A DNA stretch of 64,000 nucleotides from an uncultured Acidobacteriota bacterium (GTDB taxonomy: Bacteria; Acidobacteriota; UBA6911): positions 32,001 to 96,000 of the forward strand of contig CAWJKZ010000025.1 of the NCBI GenBank assembly GCA_963843575.1, in the 5' to 3' direction. The first letter of the stretch is position 1. Each line of letters opens with the position of its first letter. Positions 32,057-40,447 of the stretch are shown in pieces. The notes under the pieces are model-generated. The model was not told the DNA's origin. It searched no databases and worked only from the letters and a program-made list of their open reading frames with translations. A program made the position numbers and the translations under genes.

Positions 32057-32167
32057 TTATCTCGAATCCTCACCGGACGAGGATATCAGATGGGCGGCGC
32101 AGATGTATGCCACAACGACGACGAGCAAAGCCAGGAACCCGTACCTCGCCCAGTAGTAGAAACTCAT
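32057..32167 (-). CDS. 36-aa single-TM small protein in the fhaB position
   Basis: MSFYYWARYGFLALLVVVVAYICAAHLISSSGEDSR*; its ATG overlaps the fhaA-like stop (ATGA) and its stop lies 3 nt before the PP2C start. Confidence 0.65.
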   Translation of the reverse strand: MSFYYWARYGFLALLVVVVAYICAAHLISSSGEDSR

Positions 32168-32958
32168 AGGCTCTCGAACTCGATGACCACTTTGTCGGCC
32201 AGTTTCAGTCTGGCCTTCGGCGGAATCCTCACCCACTCCTTGTGGGCGACGCGGGTGCCGTCGACGGCGGTGCCGAAACGGCTGACATCCTGGACATAGA
32301 ACTCGCGGCTGGTCTCGTCCCGCCGTAGATAAAGGTGCTGGCGCGAGATGTCGGCCGGGCCGTCCAACTGGAGGTCGCAGTATTCAGCCCTGCCGCCGCG
32401 CCCGATCGCGATCTCCGCGTTCGTCATCAGGTATTCCCGCCGCTGCCCTTCCTTGTCGATATAGATGAGACGCGCCAGGGGGGCTCCGGGCTCAGCCCGG
32501 CCCTCCTCGGTCAAGCGGCTCAGCTTCCGGGTTTCCCCTCCTGAGCGGATCGTCACCATCCGCTGCGTCTTGGCGCCGGCGCCGAACTCCTGCTGTTGGG
32601 GAAGAGTCAGACGCGAGTCTATCAGGATGTCCCCCGGGGCGAGCTCGTCGTCTTCGTCCAGGTGGAACTTCACGTACCAGTCGCTCTCGGCCGCTTCGGT
32701 CTTGGGGCCGCTGCGTTTGAGCCCGGGGAGCAACGACTTGCGCGCGCCCTGGACACGGCCCAGTTCGTCCTTCAGGGCACTCCTGGCTTCGTCGCGGATC
32801 CTTGGGAGGATGGCAGCCAGACGCTCGTAGTCCTGCCGGTGAAGATACACGTCGTAGTGGCTGGCGACCAGCGTGGTGAACAGCAGCGGCTCCTGCGATT
32901 CCCTCATGTTTTCAAGTATCGCCAGAATGATCTCTTTGCCCGTGGCTCTCGCGTCCAT
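32164..32958 (-). CDS. FhaA-like protein (DUF3662-like plus FHA)
   Basis: VASHYDVYLHRQDYERL N-terminal motif; IGRGG...ISRQH...SRFGTAVDG FHA domain. Confidence 0.85.
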   Translation of the reverse strand: MDARATGKEIILAILENMRESQEPLLFTTLVASHYDVYLHRQDYERLAAILPRIRDEARSALKDELGRVQGARKSLLPGLKRSGPKTEAAESDWYVKFHLDEDDELAPGDILIDSRLTLPQQQEFGAGAKTQRMVTIRSGGETRKLSRLTEEGRAEPGAPLARLIYIDKEGQRREYLMTNAEIAIGRGGRAEYCDLQLDGPADISRQHLYLRRDETSREFYVQDVSRFGTAVDGTRVAHKEWVRIPPKARLKLADKVVIEFESL

Positions 32959-32979
32959 GAATGAAAAGCCTCGAAGGTC

Positions 32980-33009
32980 AGTTTAGACACATGCAAAATT
33001 TCCTGTCAA
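32980..33009 (-). promoter_or_regulatory. Putative sigma70 promoter of the FHA/kinase/SEDS-PBP operon
   Basis: TTGACA-N18-TAAACT ending 21 nt upstream of the ATG. Confidence 0.6.
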
Positions 33010-33163
33010 TTCGGGCAGAACTCGACCTGCAGGGGTGTCCAGGGATAACAACGGAAAAACTTCCGGATTTGTTCCCCTGAAGGCGTTACTTTCCGCTTTA
33101 CTCACGGCTCCGCGTTTGTTTATCCTGCAGCCAAGCGCGTCCCCCGGATTTACGGAGCCCCTT

Positions 33164-33580
33164 ATGCCACACCGCGTCGTGACGGCGTTTTCGTGTATCT
33201 TTCTGGCAATAAGCGGGTTCGGGCAGGCCCGGAGGCCTCAGAAGATCGATCCCCAGGCGCAGCTTTTCAGCTACTATCGCCAATACCCGGATCGGTACAT
33301 CCGCATCTCGCAGGAATCGTGGCGGTACAACCAGAGGACCCGGGTGGCTCAGCATTCCTTCACCCTCAACAACACGGCGATGGTCCCATATTGCGAGATT
33401 CGGATCCGTTTCGAGTACAAGGATGAAAAAGGGGCGACCTTGTTGACCCAGTCGCAACAGTTGGCGGGGATCCTCCAGCCCTACCGGCCCGTACAACAGA
33501 AGGACGTCACCCTCAAAGCCGTCCCGGCCCCGGCTGTGAATGTCGTGGTCTCCGTCGACAAGGCCCTCGTCTGCCGTTAA
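33164..33580 (+). CDS. Exported hypothetical protein (FxLYD-like Ig fold)
   Basis: Signal peptide; TLNNTA...[15 protein letters not shown]; GGAG RBS before ATG 33164. Confidence 0.55.
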   Translation: MPHRVVTAFSCIFLAISGFGQARRPQKIDPQAQLFSYYRQYPDRYIRISQESWRYNQRTRVAQHSFTLNNTAMVPYCEIRIRFEYKDEKGATLLTQSQQLAGILQPYRPVQQKDVTLKAVPAPAVNVVVSVDKALVCR

Positions 33581-33610
33581 TCCGCTTCCTGCTTCCGGCT
33601 TCCCGCTTTG

Positions 33611-34953
33611 TTACAGCAGGTTGCTGGCGAGCTCCGCGAGTTCTGATCGCTCCCCCTTCTCCAGGTTCACGTGAGCGTACAGGCGCTGCCCCTTGAAGTG
33701 GTCGATCAGATACGAGAGCCCGTTGGACTGTCCATCGAGATATGGGTGGTCGATCTGGTAGATGTCGCCGGTGAGGACGAGTTTGGCGCCCTCGCCGGCG
33801 CGCGTGATGATTGTCTTGATCTCGTGGGGCGTAAGGTTTTGCGCTTCGTCCACGATGAAGATGACCTTCGACAGGCTCCTGCCGCGGATGTAGCTGAGCG
33901 GTTCGATGACGAGCTTCTCGTCCCGGATCATCTGGTCGATCTGCTGGAACTGCTTGTCGTCTTCGCCGAACTGGCTCTGGATCACCCTCAGGTTGTCCCA
34001 CAGGGGCTGCATGTAGGGGGCGAGCTTGCTCTCGATGTCCCCGGGCAGGTAACCCATGTCCTTGTTGCTGAGCGGAACGACGGGGCGGGCCATGAAGATC
34101 TGCCGGTACTGCTTTTTCACCTGAATGGCGCTGGCCAGCGCGCAGCAGCGTTTTGCCGGTGCCGGCCTTGCCGGTCAGCGTCACGAGCGGGATGCTGGTC
34201 CGGGTGAGCGCGTCGATGGCAAAGGTCTGCTCCGCGTTTCTCGGTTTGATGCCGTAGGCCGGCGACCTTGTCCAACCGTCGCAGCGAGGCGGAGTCGGTC
34301 TCGAAGAACGCGAGCGCCGACCGGCTGGCGTTGCGCAGGATGAAGTACTTGTTGGCGACGAGATCGAGCTTTAGGGAGGCCACCTGGGCGGCCGGGAGCT
34401 CGTAGGGAGGCTGGTACAGGGCCGTCAGGATTGCGTCGTCGACGTCCTCGACGATTTCCTTTCCGCTGTAGAGCTCCTCGATGCTGCGCACACGGTCCGT
34501 CGTGTAGTCCTGGGCTGGGATGCAAAGCGCCTTGGCCTTCATCCGCAGATTCACGTCCTTGGTGACCAGGATGACCGACTTTTTCCTGTGCGCCTTCTTG
34601 AACAGGTCGAGGGCCACGCTGAGGATGCGGTGATCGGGGTTGTCCTCGCGGAACACCTCCTGGATCTCGGGGCTCAGTCCCTTGGTGATCGCAACCCGGA
34701 CCTTCCCCTTCCCTCTCCCGAGAGAGATGCCGCCGTCGAATACGGCGTTCCCCGAAAGCGAATCGAGTGTCCGCGCGAACTCGCGGGCGTTGTAGTTGAT
34801 GACCTGGCTCCCGCGCTTGAAGTGGTCGATTTCCTCGATCACGGCCAGCGGGATGACGACGTCGTTCTCCTGGAAACGGTGGATGCAGGTCGCATCGTGC
34901 AGGATGACGTTCGTGTCGAGGATGAAGGTCTTGGCCCGTTTGGGTTCCGGCAT
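33611..34953 (-). CDS. PIN-PhoH (PhoH2) protein with two apparent +1 frameshifts (about 34260 and 34144)
   Basis: [14 protein letters not shown] motif, [12 protein letters not shown], then GIKPRNAEQ...[12 protein letters not shown] in a second frame, then GYLPGD, YIRGRS, DEAQN, GDIYQID, RSELA in a third. Confidence 0.85.
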
Positions 34954-34965
34954 GCCCTGATTATG

Positions 34966-36150
34966 TCACAGGGCACCAACCGAGGCGAGCGCCTGCTCGA
35001 GGTCTGCCTCCAGGTCGGCGGCATCCTCGATGCCGCACGAGAGGCGCACGAGCGAATCCGTGATCCCGTATCGGAGCCTCTCCTGCTCCGGAGTGTCCCA
35101 GTAGGACATCAGGACGGGCATCTCAACGAGGGATTCGACTCCGCCCAGGCTCGGCGCGATGTAGGGGATCCGGCAGCTGTCGACGAACCGGACGGCGGCG
35201 GCGAAACTCCCGTCGATCTCAAAGCTCACGACGCCCCCGAACCCGCTCATCAGCCGGGCGGCGCAGGCGTGGTCGGGGTGGCTTTCCAGTCCGGGGTAGT
35301 GGACCTTGCGCACGCGAGGATGATGCTCCAGCATGCGCGCTATCCTCAGGGCGTTGTCGTTCTGGCGCGCCACCCGAAGTGCCAGGGTCTTCAGCCCGCG
35401 CAGCAGCAGATAAGCGGTGTGGGCGGTGCTTATCCCCCCGAGCACGCCGACGGCCTTGCGCAGCGGCTCGACTTCGGCCGACTTGCCGGCCGCGATGCCG
35501 GCCAGCAGGTCGTTGTGACCGCCGAGGTACTTCGTCGCGCTGTGCAGCACGAGGTCGGCGCCGCTTTCGAGCGGCCGGTGATTGACCGGGGTGGCGAAGG
35601 TCGAATCGACGATAAACTTCGCTCCGCGCGCGTGGGCGATGCGGACCGCCTCGGGCAGGTCGATGACCCTCAGATATGGGTTCGTGGGCAGTTCGGTGAA
35701 AACGACCGCGGCCCCGTCGCGGAGGGCTCCCGCGAGTGCGTCCAGGCTGGCCGGTTCGATCACGGTCGTCCGGACGCCCAGCTTCGTGAGGAATTCGGCG
35801 CAGAACTGCCGCGTCCTCCGGTAGCAGTCGCTGGTGAGGACCAGGTGCCCCCCCGGTTCCAGCAACGTCAGCAAAGTCGTGGTTATCGCCGACATCCCCG
35901 AACCGAACAGGACGGCCGCCTCGGCCCCCTCGAGGTCGGCCACCTTGCGTTCGACCGCGCGCCACGTCGGGTTGCCGTAGCGGCCGTATTCGTCGCGGGG
36001 GCAGCCCCCTTCCTGGTAGGCGCGGACTTCGGCCGAATCTTTGAACCAGAACGTGGCAGTCTCGTAGATCGGGGTGGTCAGGGAACCGTCCCGCGAGGTG
36101 ATCCTCTCCCCGGCGTGGACGCAACGACTCGAGTAGCCTCCCTTTGCCAT
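34966..36150 (-). CDS. metB: Cystathionine gamma-synthase (Cys/Met PLP family), plant-type sequence
   Basis: EYGRYGNPT, DCYRRTR, PTNP, DSTFATP, HSATKYLGGHND (PLP Lys), IPYIAPSLGG..MSYWD, LVRLSCGIED. Confidence 0.85.
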   Translation of the reverse strand: MAKGGYSSRCVHAGERITSRDGSLTTPIYETATFWFKDSAEVRAYQEGGCPRDEYGRYGNPTWRAVERKVADLEGAEAAVLFGSGMSAITTTLLTLLEPGGHLVLTSDCYRRTRQFCAEFLTKLGVRTTVIEPASLDALAGALRDGAAVVFTELPTNPYLRVIDLPEAVRIAHARGAKFIVDSTFATPVNHRPLESGADLVLHSATKYLGGHNDLLAGIAAGKSAEVEPLRKAVGVLGGISTAHTAYLLLRGLKTLALRVARQNDNALRIARMLEHHPRVRKVHYPGLESHPDHACAARLMSGFGGVVSFEIDGSFAAAVRFVDSCRIPYIAPSLGGVESLVEMPVLMSYWDTPEQERLRYGITDSLVRLSCGIEDAADLEADLEQALASVGAL

Positions 36151-36193
36151 GTGGCCTCCTAATGTCTTGCGCAGGGGCAGCTCGCCGCCCGCG

Positions 36194-37978
36194 TCAGGCA
36201 GTCATCTCAGCGCGGGCGCGCAGGTCGGAATCCAGCCGCGCCGGTTCTGCCCGCCCGGTCACGATTTCCAGGAGATCGGCGCAGACCGACAGGCTGGTGG
36301 GCCACCGGCCCGCCCCTTTGCCGCTCAGCAGCACATCCCGCTTCCGTCCGCGGACCCGGATGAGAACCCGGTTCTCGACCCCGGCGGCCCTGCTCAGCGG
36401 GTGCTGCGACGGAAGTTCCTCGGGTCTCACCTCCGCCTCCAGTCCGGCCGCGGTTCGCCGGCAGGTGGCCACCAGACGCACGGCCTTGCCCTCCTCCCGT
36501 GCACGGCGCACCCGTTCGGGGCCGATCCCCTCGATGCCGCTGCACCGGACGGCATCGGGGTCGAGCGTCGCGCCGAAGGCGGTATGCGCCAGCACCGAGA
36601 GCTTCTGGGCGCTGTCGGCACCGCTCAGGTCGAGGTGCGGGTCGGCTTCGGCAAATCCCTGTCGTTGCGCCTCGCCCAGTGCCACCGAGAATTCCACACC
36701 TTCGGCCAGCTTTTCCAGCATGTAATTGCACGTTCCGTTCAGCACTCCGGACACCTGCTCGATCGTGTGATGCCGTGCAAGCAGCCGGACGCGTTCGAGC
36801 ACCGGGACGGCGCCCCCCACGCTCGCCGAGTAAAGGAGGCGGGCGCCGCTGCGGCAGGCGATTTGCCGCAGGCCCTCGCCGTGGCGCGCGATCACGGCCT
36901 TGTTGGCGGTCACCACGCTGCGCCCGGCCGCGAGGGCGGACCGTATGAGGGATCCCGCGGGCTCCAACCCTCCGATCAGTTCGAGCACGACGTCGGTCGG
37001 CCGCTCAAGCAGGCGCGCGGGGTCGTCTGTCAGAAGCTCCCGCGGCACCCGACGGTCGCGTGATTTGCCGATGTTTCGCACCGCGATGCCGGTCAGCTCG
37101 AAGAGGTCGGGCCGGGCCGCCAGCTTCTCGAAGACCCCCATCCCGACCGTGCCCAGCCCGAGCAATGCGACGCGCAGGGGGCGCGCCCGCGGTCCGGGCT
37201 CCCCGGGTGCCGAGGTCGCCGTCCCGATCACGGTTTCGTCGGACGAACAGGCCGAAGCGAGCGCGAACGTGTACCCCCGCGCACGCGCAAATTGAAGGGC
37301 CTTGGGCTGGATCAGCCGACCCGAGACACGCGCTGCGTCCTCCCAGGAGATGGAGGAATACCGTCTCGCCGAGGCACCCGTTCGGGGATCCGTAGAGTAC
37401 ACGCCGTCGACATCCTTCAGCAGCCGGCATTTCCCCGCCCGAAGGCTCCATGCCGCAAACAGCGCGGTCAGATCGGAGCCGCCGCGTCCGAGAAGCGCCG
37501 GGCCGCCGGACGCGCTCCGGCCGAAAAAACCGGGCAACACGACGACGGGGGTGCGGGCCAGAAACCCGAGCAGCCTGCGGGTGTCGAGGGCCACCGGTTC
37601 GGAGTCGAGCGGGGGCCCGGCGACAAGCAACCCGACAGCTTCCGGGTCAACTACGGAGGCCGGCACGCCGGCCTCCTCGAGCGCCATCCCGAGCAGGGCC
37701 GCGGACGCGGTTTCGCCCGTGGCGAGCAGCCGGGCAAGGCAGCCGGGATCCGGGGCCGCGAAGCGCCGCCCGGCCAGGCCGGCCAGGCGGTCCGTGACTC
37801 CCGGGAAAGCCGACACGACGGCCAGAACGCGGAAGCCGCGCCGGAGCTCGCGGTAAATCTCCGCTACGGCGGCGTCCAGGTCGCTCGCACCGCGCAGGAC
37901 GGAGCTGCCGAACTTCAGTACGGCTACGGGTTCGGAACCGGCAGGAAGGGTGGAAACGGATGCAGGATCGTTCGACAC
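36194..37978 (-). CDS. Compact aspartokinase-homoserine dehydrogenase fusion lacking ACT domains (MetL-like)
   Basis: VLKFGSS, AVVSA, LGRGGSDLTA, KDVDGVYSTDP, then LLGLGTVG, VVTANKA, SVGGAVP, GVLNGTCNY, GFAEADP..DLSGADSAQK, GKGAG; GTG start with GAGGAG RBS. Confidence 0.85.
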   Translation of the reverse strand: MSNDPASVSTLPAGSEPVAVLKFGSSVLRGASDLDAAVAEIYRELRRGFRVLAVVSAFPGVTDRLAGLAGRRFAAPDPGCLARLLATGETASAALLGMALEEAGVPASVVDPEAVGLLVAGPPLDSEPVALDTRRLLGFLARTPVVVLPGFFGRSASGGPALLGRGGSDLTALFAAWSLRAGKCRLLKDVDGVYSTDPRTGASARRYSSISWEDAARVSGRLIQPKALQFARARGYTFALASACSSDETVIGTATSAPGEPGPRARPLRVALLGLGTVGMGVFEKLAARPDLFELTGIAVRNIGKSRDRRVPRELLTDDPARLLERPTDVVLELIGGLEPAGSLIRSALAAGRSVVTANKAVIARHGEGLRQIACRSGARLLYSASVGGAVPVLERVRLLARHHTIEQVSGVLNGTCNYMLEKLAEGVEFSVALGEAQRQGFAEADPHLDLSGADSAQKLSVLAHTAFGATLDPDAVRCSGIEGIGPERVRRAREEGKAVRLVATCRRTAAGLEAEVRPEELPSQHPLSRAAGVENRVLIRVRGRKRDVLLSGKGAGRWPTSLSVCADLLEIVTGRAEPARLDSDLRARAEMTA

Positions 37979-38043
37979 GACAGGTTCTCCTCGAGGTGAC
38001 GCGTTGACTGGACCCGGAAAGGCCGCCGGGCCGATCCGGGCAT

Positions 38044-38077
38044 AAAAAAAGCACCGCCCTTTTTTGCCGGGCCGTGC
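38044..38077 (-). terminator. Intrinsic terminator (attenuator) in the met operon leader
   Basis: Transcript GCACGGCCC-GGCAAAAAA-GGGCGGTGC-TTTTTTT: 9-bp stem with one mismatch plus U7, about 65 nt upstream of the first gene. Confidence 0.75.
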
Positions 38078-38127
38078 CGCGTCACGCAGAGAAGAACTTT
38101 GGTGCCCAGTTCGTCAACGCGAACGCG

Positions 38128-38190
38128 TCACACGCCCGGCACGGGCATGTACATGCGCATTCGCATCGTAAAACGGGTCACGTCGCTCAA
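38128..38190 (-). CDS. Putative Met-rich leader peptide MSDVTRFTMRMRMYMPVPGV
   Basis: TTG start 8 nt after GAGGA; ATG CGA ATG CGC ATG TAC ATG run; TGA at 38128; lies between promoter and terminator. Confidence 0.75.
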   Translation of the reverse strand: MSDVTRFTMRMRMYMPVPGV

Positions 38191-38215
38191 TTTCGCAGTC
38201 CTCGAACTGATTGGA

Positions 38216-38245
38216 AGCGTAGCCGAGGTGAGGCGTGGCTGTCAA
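38216..38245 (-). promoter_or_regulatory. Putative sigma70 promoter of the met leader/operon
   Basis: TTGACA(38245-38240)-N18-TACGCT(38221-38216). Confidence 0.65.
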
Positions 38246-38374
38246 GCGGCAGGTGCGGGGCGACACCTGTGTCGTGCCGTCCCCTGCCGCGCCCTGCCTG
38301 ATTGAGTCTGCGGCGAAGCCCGAGGAGAGTGGTCGCCGAGATGAAAACGAATCCGGCGCGACGGGCACGGCGGC

Positions 38375-38455
38375 AATTCGGCTTGGCGCCAAGGCGCCGG
38401 GCATTCCGGCCGCAGGACGTATGTGCAAGCGGCGCCGAGGCGCCCGCACTCCAGA
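38375..38455. repeat. Partial REP-like family B element
   Basis: GGCGCCAAGGCGCCGGGCATTCCGGCCGCAGGACG...GCGGCGCCGAGGCGCCCGCACTCCAGA. Confidence 0.65.
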
Positions 38456-38508
38456 CTCGGCGCGCATTTTGCGGTGATGGCGGCCAGCCGATCCGCTATG
38501 CTGTGGCG

Positions 38509-39439
38509 ATGAGCCAGCGGGAATTTGTCGCCCTGGGCACCGCCAGCCAGGCGCCCGACGCGGGAGAGAAGCCACAACAGCTACTTTCTTCGGTGGGACG
38601 ACGGCGGGTTCCTGTTCGACCCCGGCGAGGGCACACAGCGTCAGCTCATCTACGCGGAGATCCCCGCATGCGCCATCCGGCGCGTCTGCATCACCCACTT
38701 CCACGGCGATCACTGCCTCGGGCTTCCCGGCCTGCTCCAGCGCATGTCTCTCGACGGCTGCGGCCACCCGGTGGAGGTGTACTACCCCGAAGAGGGGCAG
38801 CCCTACTTCGAGCGGTTGCGGTCGGCGTCGGTGTTCTTCCCGCAGCTGGACATCCTTGCGCGCCCGGTCTGCTCGGCGCGGGAGGGTTTGATCGAGTTGC
38901 GGCGGTCGGATGAGTACGTGTTATACGCGCATGCCCTGGAGCACTCGGTTCCGACGCTCGGCTACCGTATCGAGGAGTTGCCCCGGCGCCATTTCATTCC
39001 GGCAAGACTGGCGGAGGCGGGCGTTTCGGGGGCTGCCGTCGGCGAGCTGCTCCGGCACGGCGCGGTGTGCGTGGAGGGGCGGGAAGTCACACTCGAGGAG
39101 ACAACGGTGATGAGGCAGGGGAGCGTCGTCGCCTTCGTGATGGACACACGACCCTGTGCCGGGGCGACCGCGCTGGCGCGCGACGCCGACTTGCTGGTGA
39201 TGGAGGCGACGTTCGCCGCGCCGGAAGAAGCCCTCGCTGCATCCTATCGTCACTCGACGGCGCGGGAGGCCGCCCAGACGGCGCGCGACGCGAGCGCGCA
39301 CCGGCTGGCCCTGACGCACTTTTCGGCGCGCTACCCCGACACCACCCCCCTCCTCGCGGAAGCCTGCGAGGTGTTCCTGGAAACCATCGCCCTGCGGGAC
39401 TTCGACCGGGTCGGCATCCCCAGGCGCCGGCAGGGATAA
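38509..39439 (+). CDS. rnz: Ribonuclease Z, with one apparent +1 frameshift near 38555
   Basis: MSQREFVALGTASQAP in one frame, then TRERSHN..LFDPGEGTQRQL, ITHFHGDHCLGLPG, MDTRPC, MEATF, HST, LTHFSARY in the next. Confidence 0.88.
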
Positions 39440-39481
39440 TCAGCCCCACGCGACGCCACGACATGCGGATCCGGGCTGAAG

Positions 39482-39704
39482 AGGTCGTCCAACGGTTGAT
39501 TGTGGAGTGCGGCGGCTCAACGCCGCTTTGGTGGCGGCGGCTCGGCGCCACCAAAGGCCGAGGTCGCAGGGTTGCATCTCGCAATTCGGCGTGGCGCCGA
39601 GGCGCCGAGCATTCCTGCCGCAGGACGAGTGAAAGCGGCGCCGAGGCGCCGCACTCCAGATTACTTCAGTTCATCCGGATTGAACGTCAACCGTTGGACA
39701 GCCT
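39482..39704. mobile_element. MITE (223 bp) inserted in REP-A with 6-bp target duplication CTGAAG/CTCAAG
   Basis: CCGGG-CTGAAG | AGGTCGTCCAACGGTTGA ... TCAACCGTTGGACAGCCT | CTCAAG-CCCGGACCCAC. Confidence 0.85.
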
Positions 39705-39733
39705 CTCAAGCCCGGACCCACATATCGGCCTGC

Positions 39734-40201
39734 CTATTTCTTCAGAATGTCGTCGAACTTGATCAGCTCGGCTTGGTACTGGGACGCAATCCCCTCCGCG
39801 CGCGTCCTGTCGCGGTACCCAAGAATCCCGCCCGCGACCTGTTTCTTGAACCCGTCGGAGCGCAGGTACACACCCTCGTCGGCTTTCATCCAGGTGCCCG
39901 AAGGGTAGTCGGTGGTGAAATAGGCCGCGATGTTCGCCTTCTTCACCTTGTTCGCATGCTGGACCATGCAGGCGATATCGTCGAACTTGCGTACGAACCC
40001 GTCCTTGGTGACGAATTCGGCGGCGTAGCGCTTCTCGAGAATGGGCTTCTTGCAGAACAGGCACGTGTCGTCCACAGTGATGTCCAGGGGTCTCGGGACG
40101 ACCTCGCCACCGCAGGCGAGCATCGCGGCAGCCGCACCGGAGAGCAGGATCGGGCAAAGGTACTTCCAGAACCGGGAATGGGGCCGGGGACTCGATCTCA
40201 T
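39734..40201 (-). CDS. NosL-family lipoprotein (copper chaperone-like)
   Basis: Lipobox MLAC, DTCLFCKKPI, YAAE, KFDDIACM, WMKADEG; AGGAGG RBS upstream. Confidence 0.75.
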   Translation of the reverse strand: MRSSPRPHSRFWKYLCPILLSGAAAAMLACGGEVVPRPLDITVDDTCLFCKKPILEKRYAAEFVTKDGFVRKFDDIACMVQHANKVKKANIAAYFTTDYPSGTWMKADEGVYLRSDGFKKQVAGGILGYRDRTRAEGIASQYQAELIKFDDILKK

Positions 40202-40447
40202 GGGGCAATCACCTCCTGGTAGAAATGAGTGCGACAAGATTGACTGGTCGGCGCCGCAACTGGCCGGGCGGCTTTGTTGCACCTCCGATAGTAGAAGCCA
40301 CAAGATTTTGTCCAGATAATAAATCGCCGGAGGCCGTCTGCAAACACATTTCGCACGGTCCGACGCCACAAAAAACCGGCCGGACGATGCTCTCCCCTGA
40401 TATCCTGCGTGGACGCTGTCGATCGATTTCATATGCCGGAGGCCACC

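Noticed and set aside
34140-34265. Programmed frameshifting in PIN-PhoH or rnz
   Set aside because: No slippery heptamer is evident at the shift sites, and similar indels occur in unrelated genes, so assembly error is more likely.
38044-38210. SAM-I riboswitch or T-box upstream of the met genes
   Set aside because: I could not find the SAM-I core (AUCNAGAG, GCAAC, GGUGCNAA) or the T-box UGGNACC bulge; the leader-peptide model explains the region better. An Rfam scan is still advisable.
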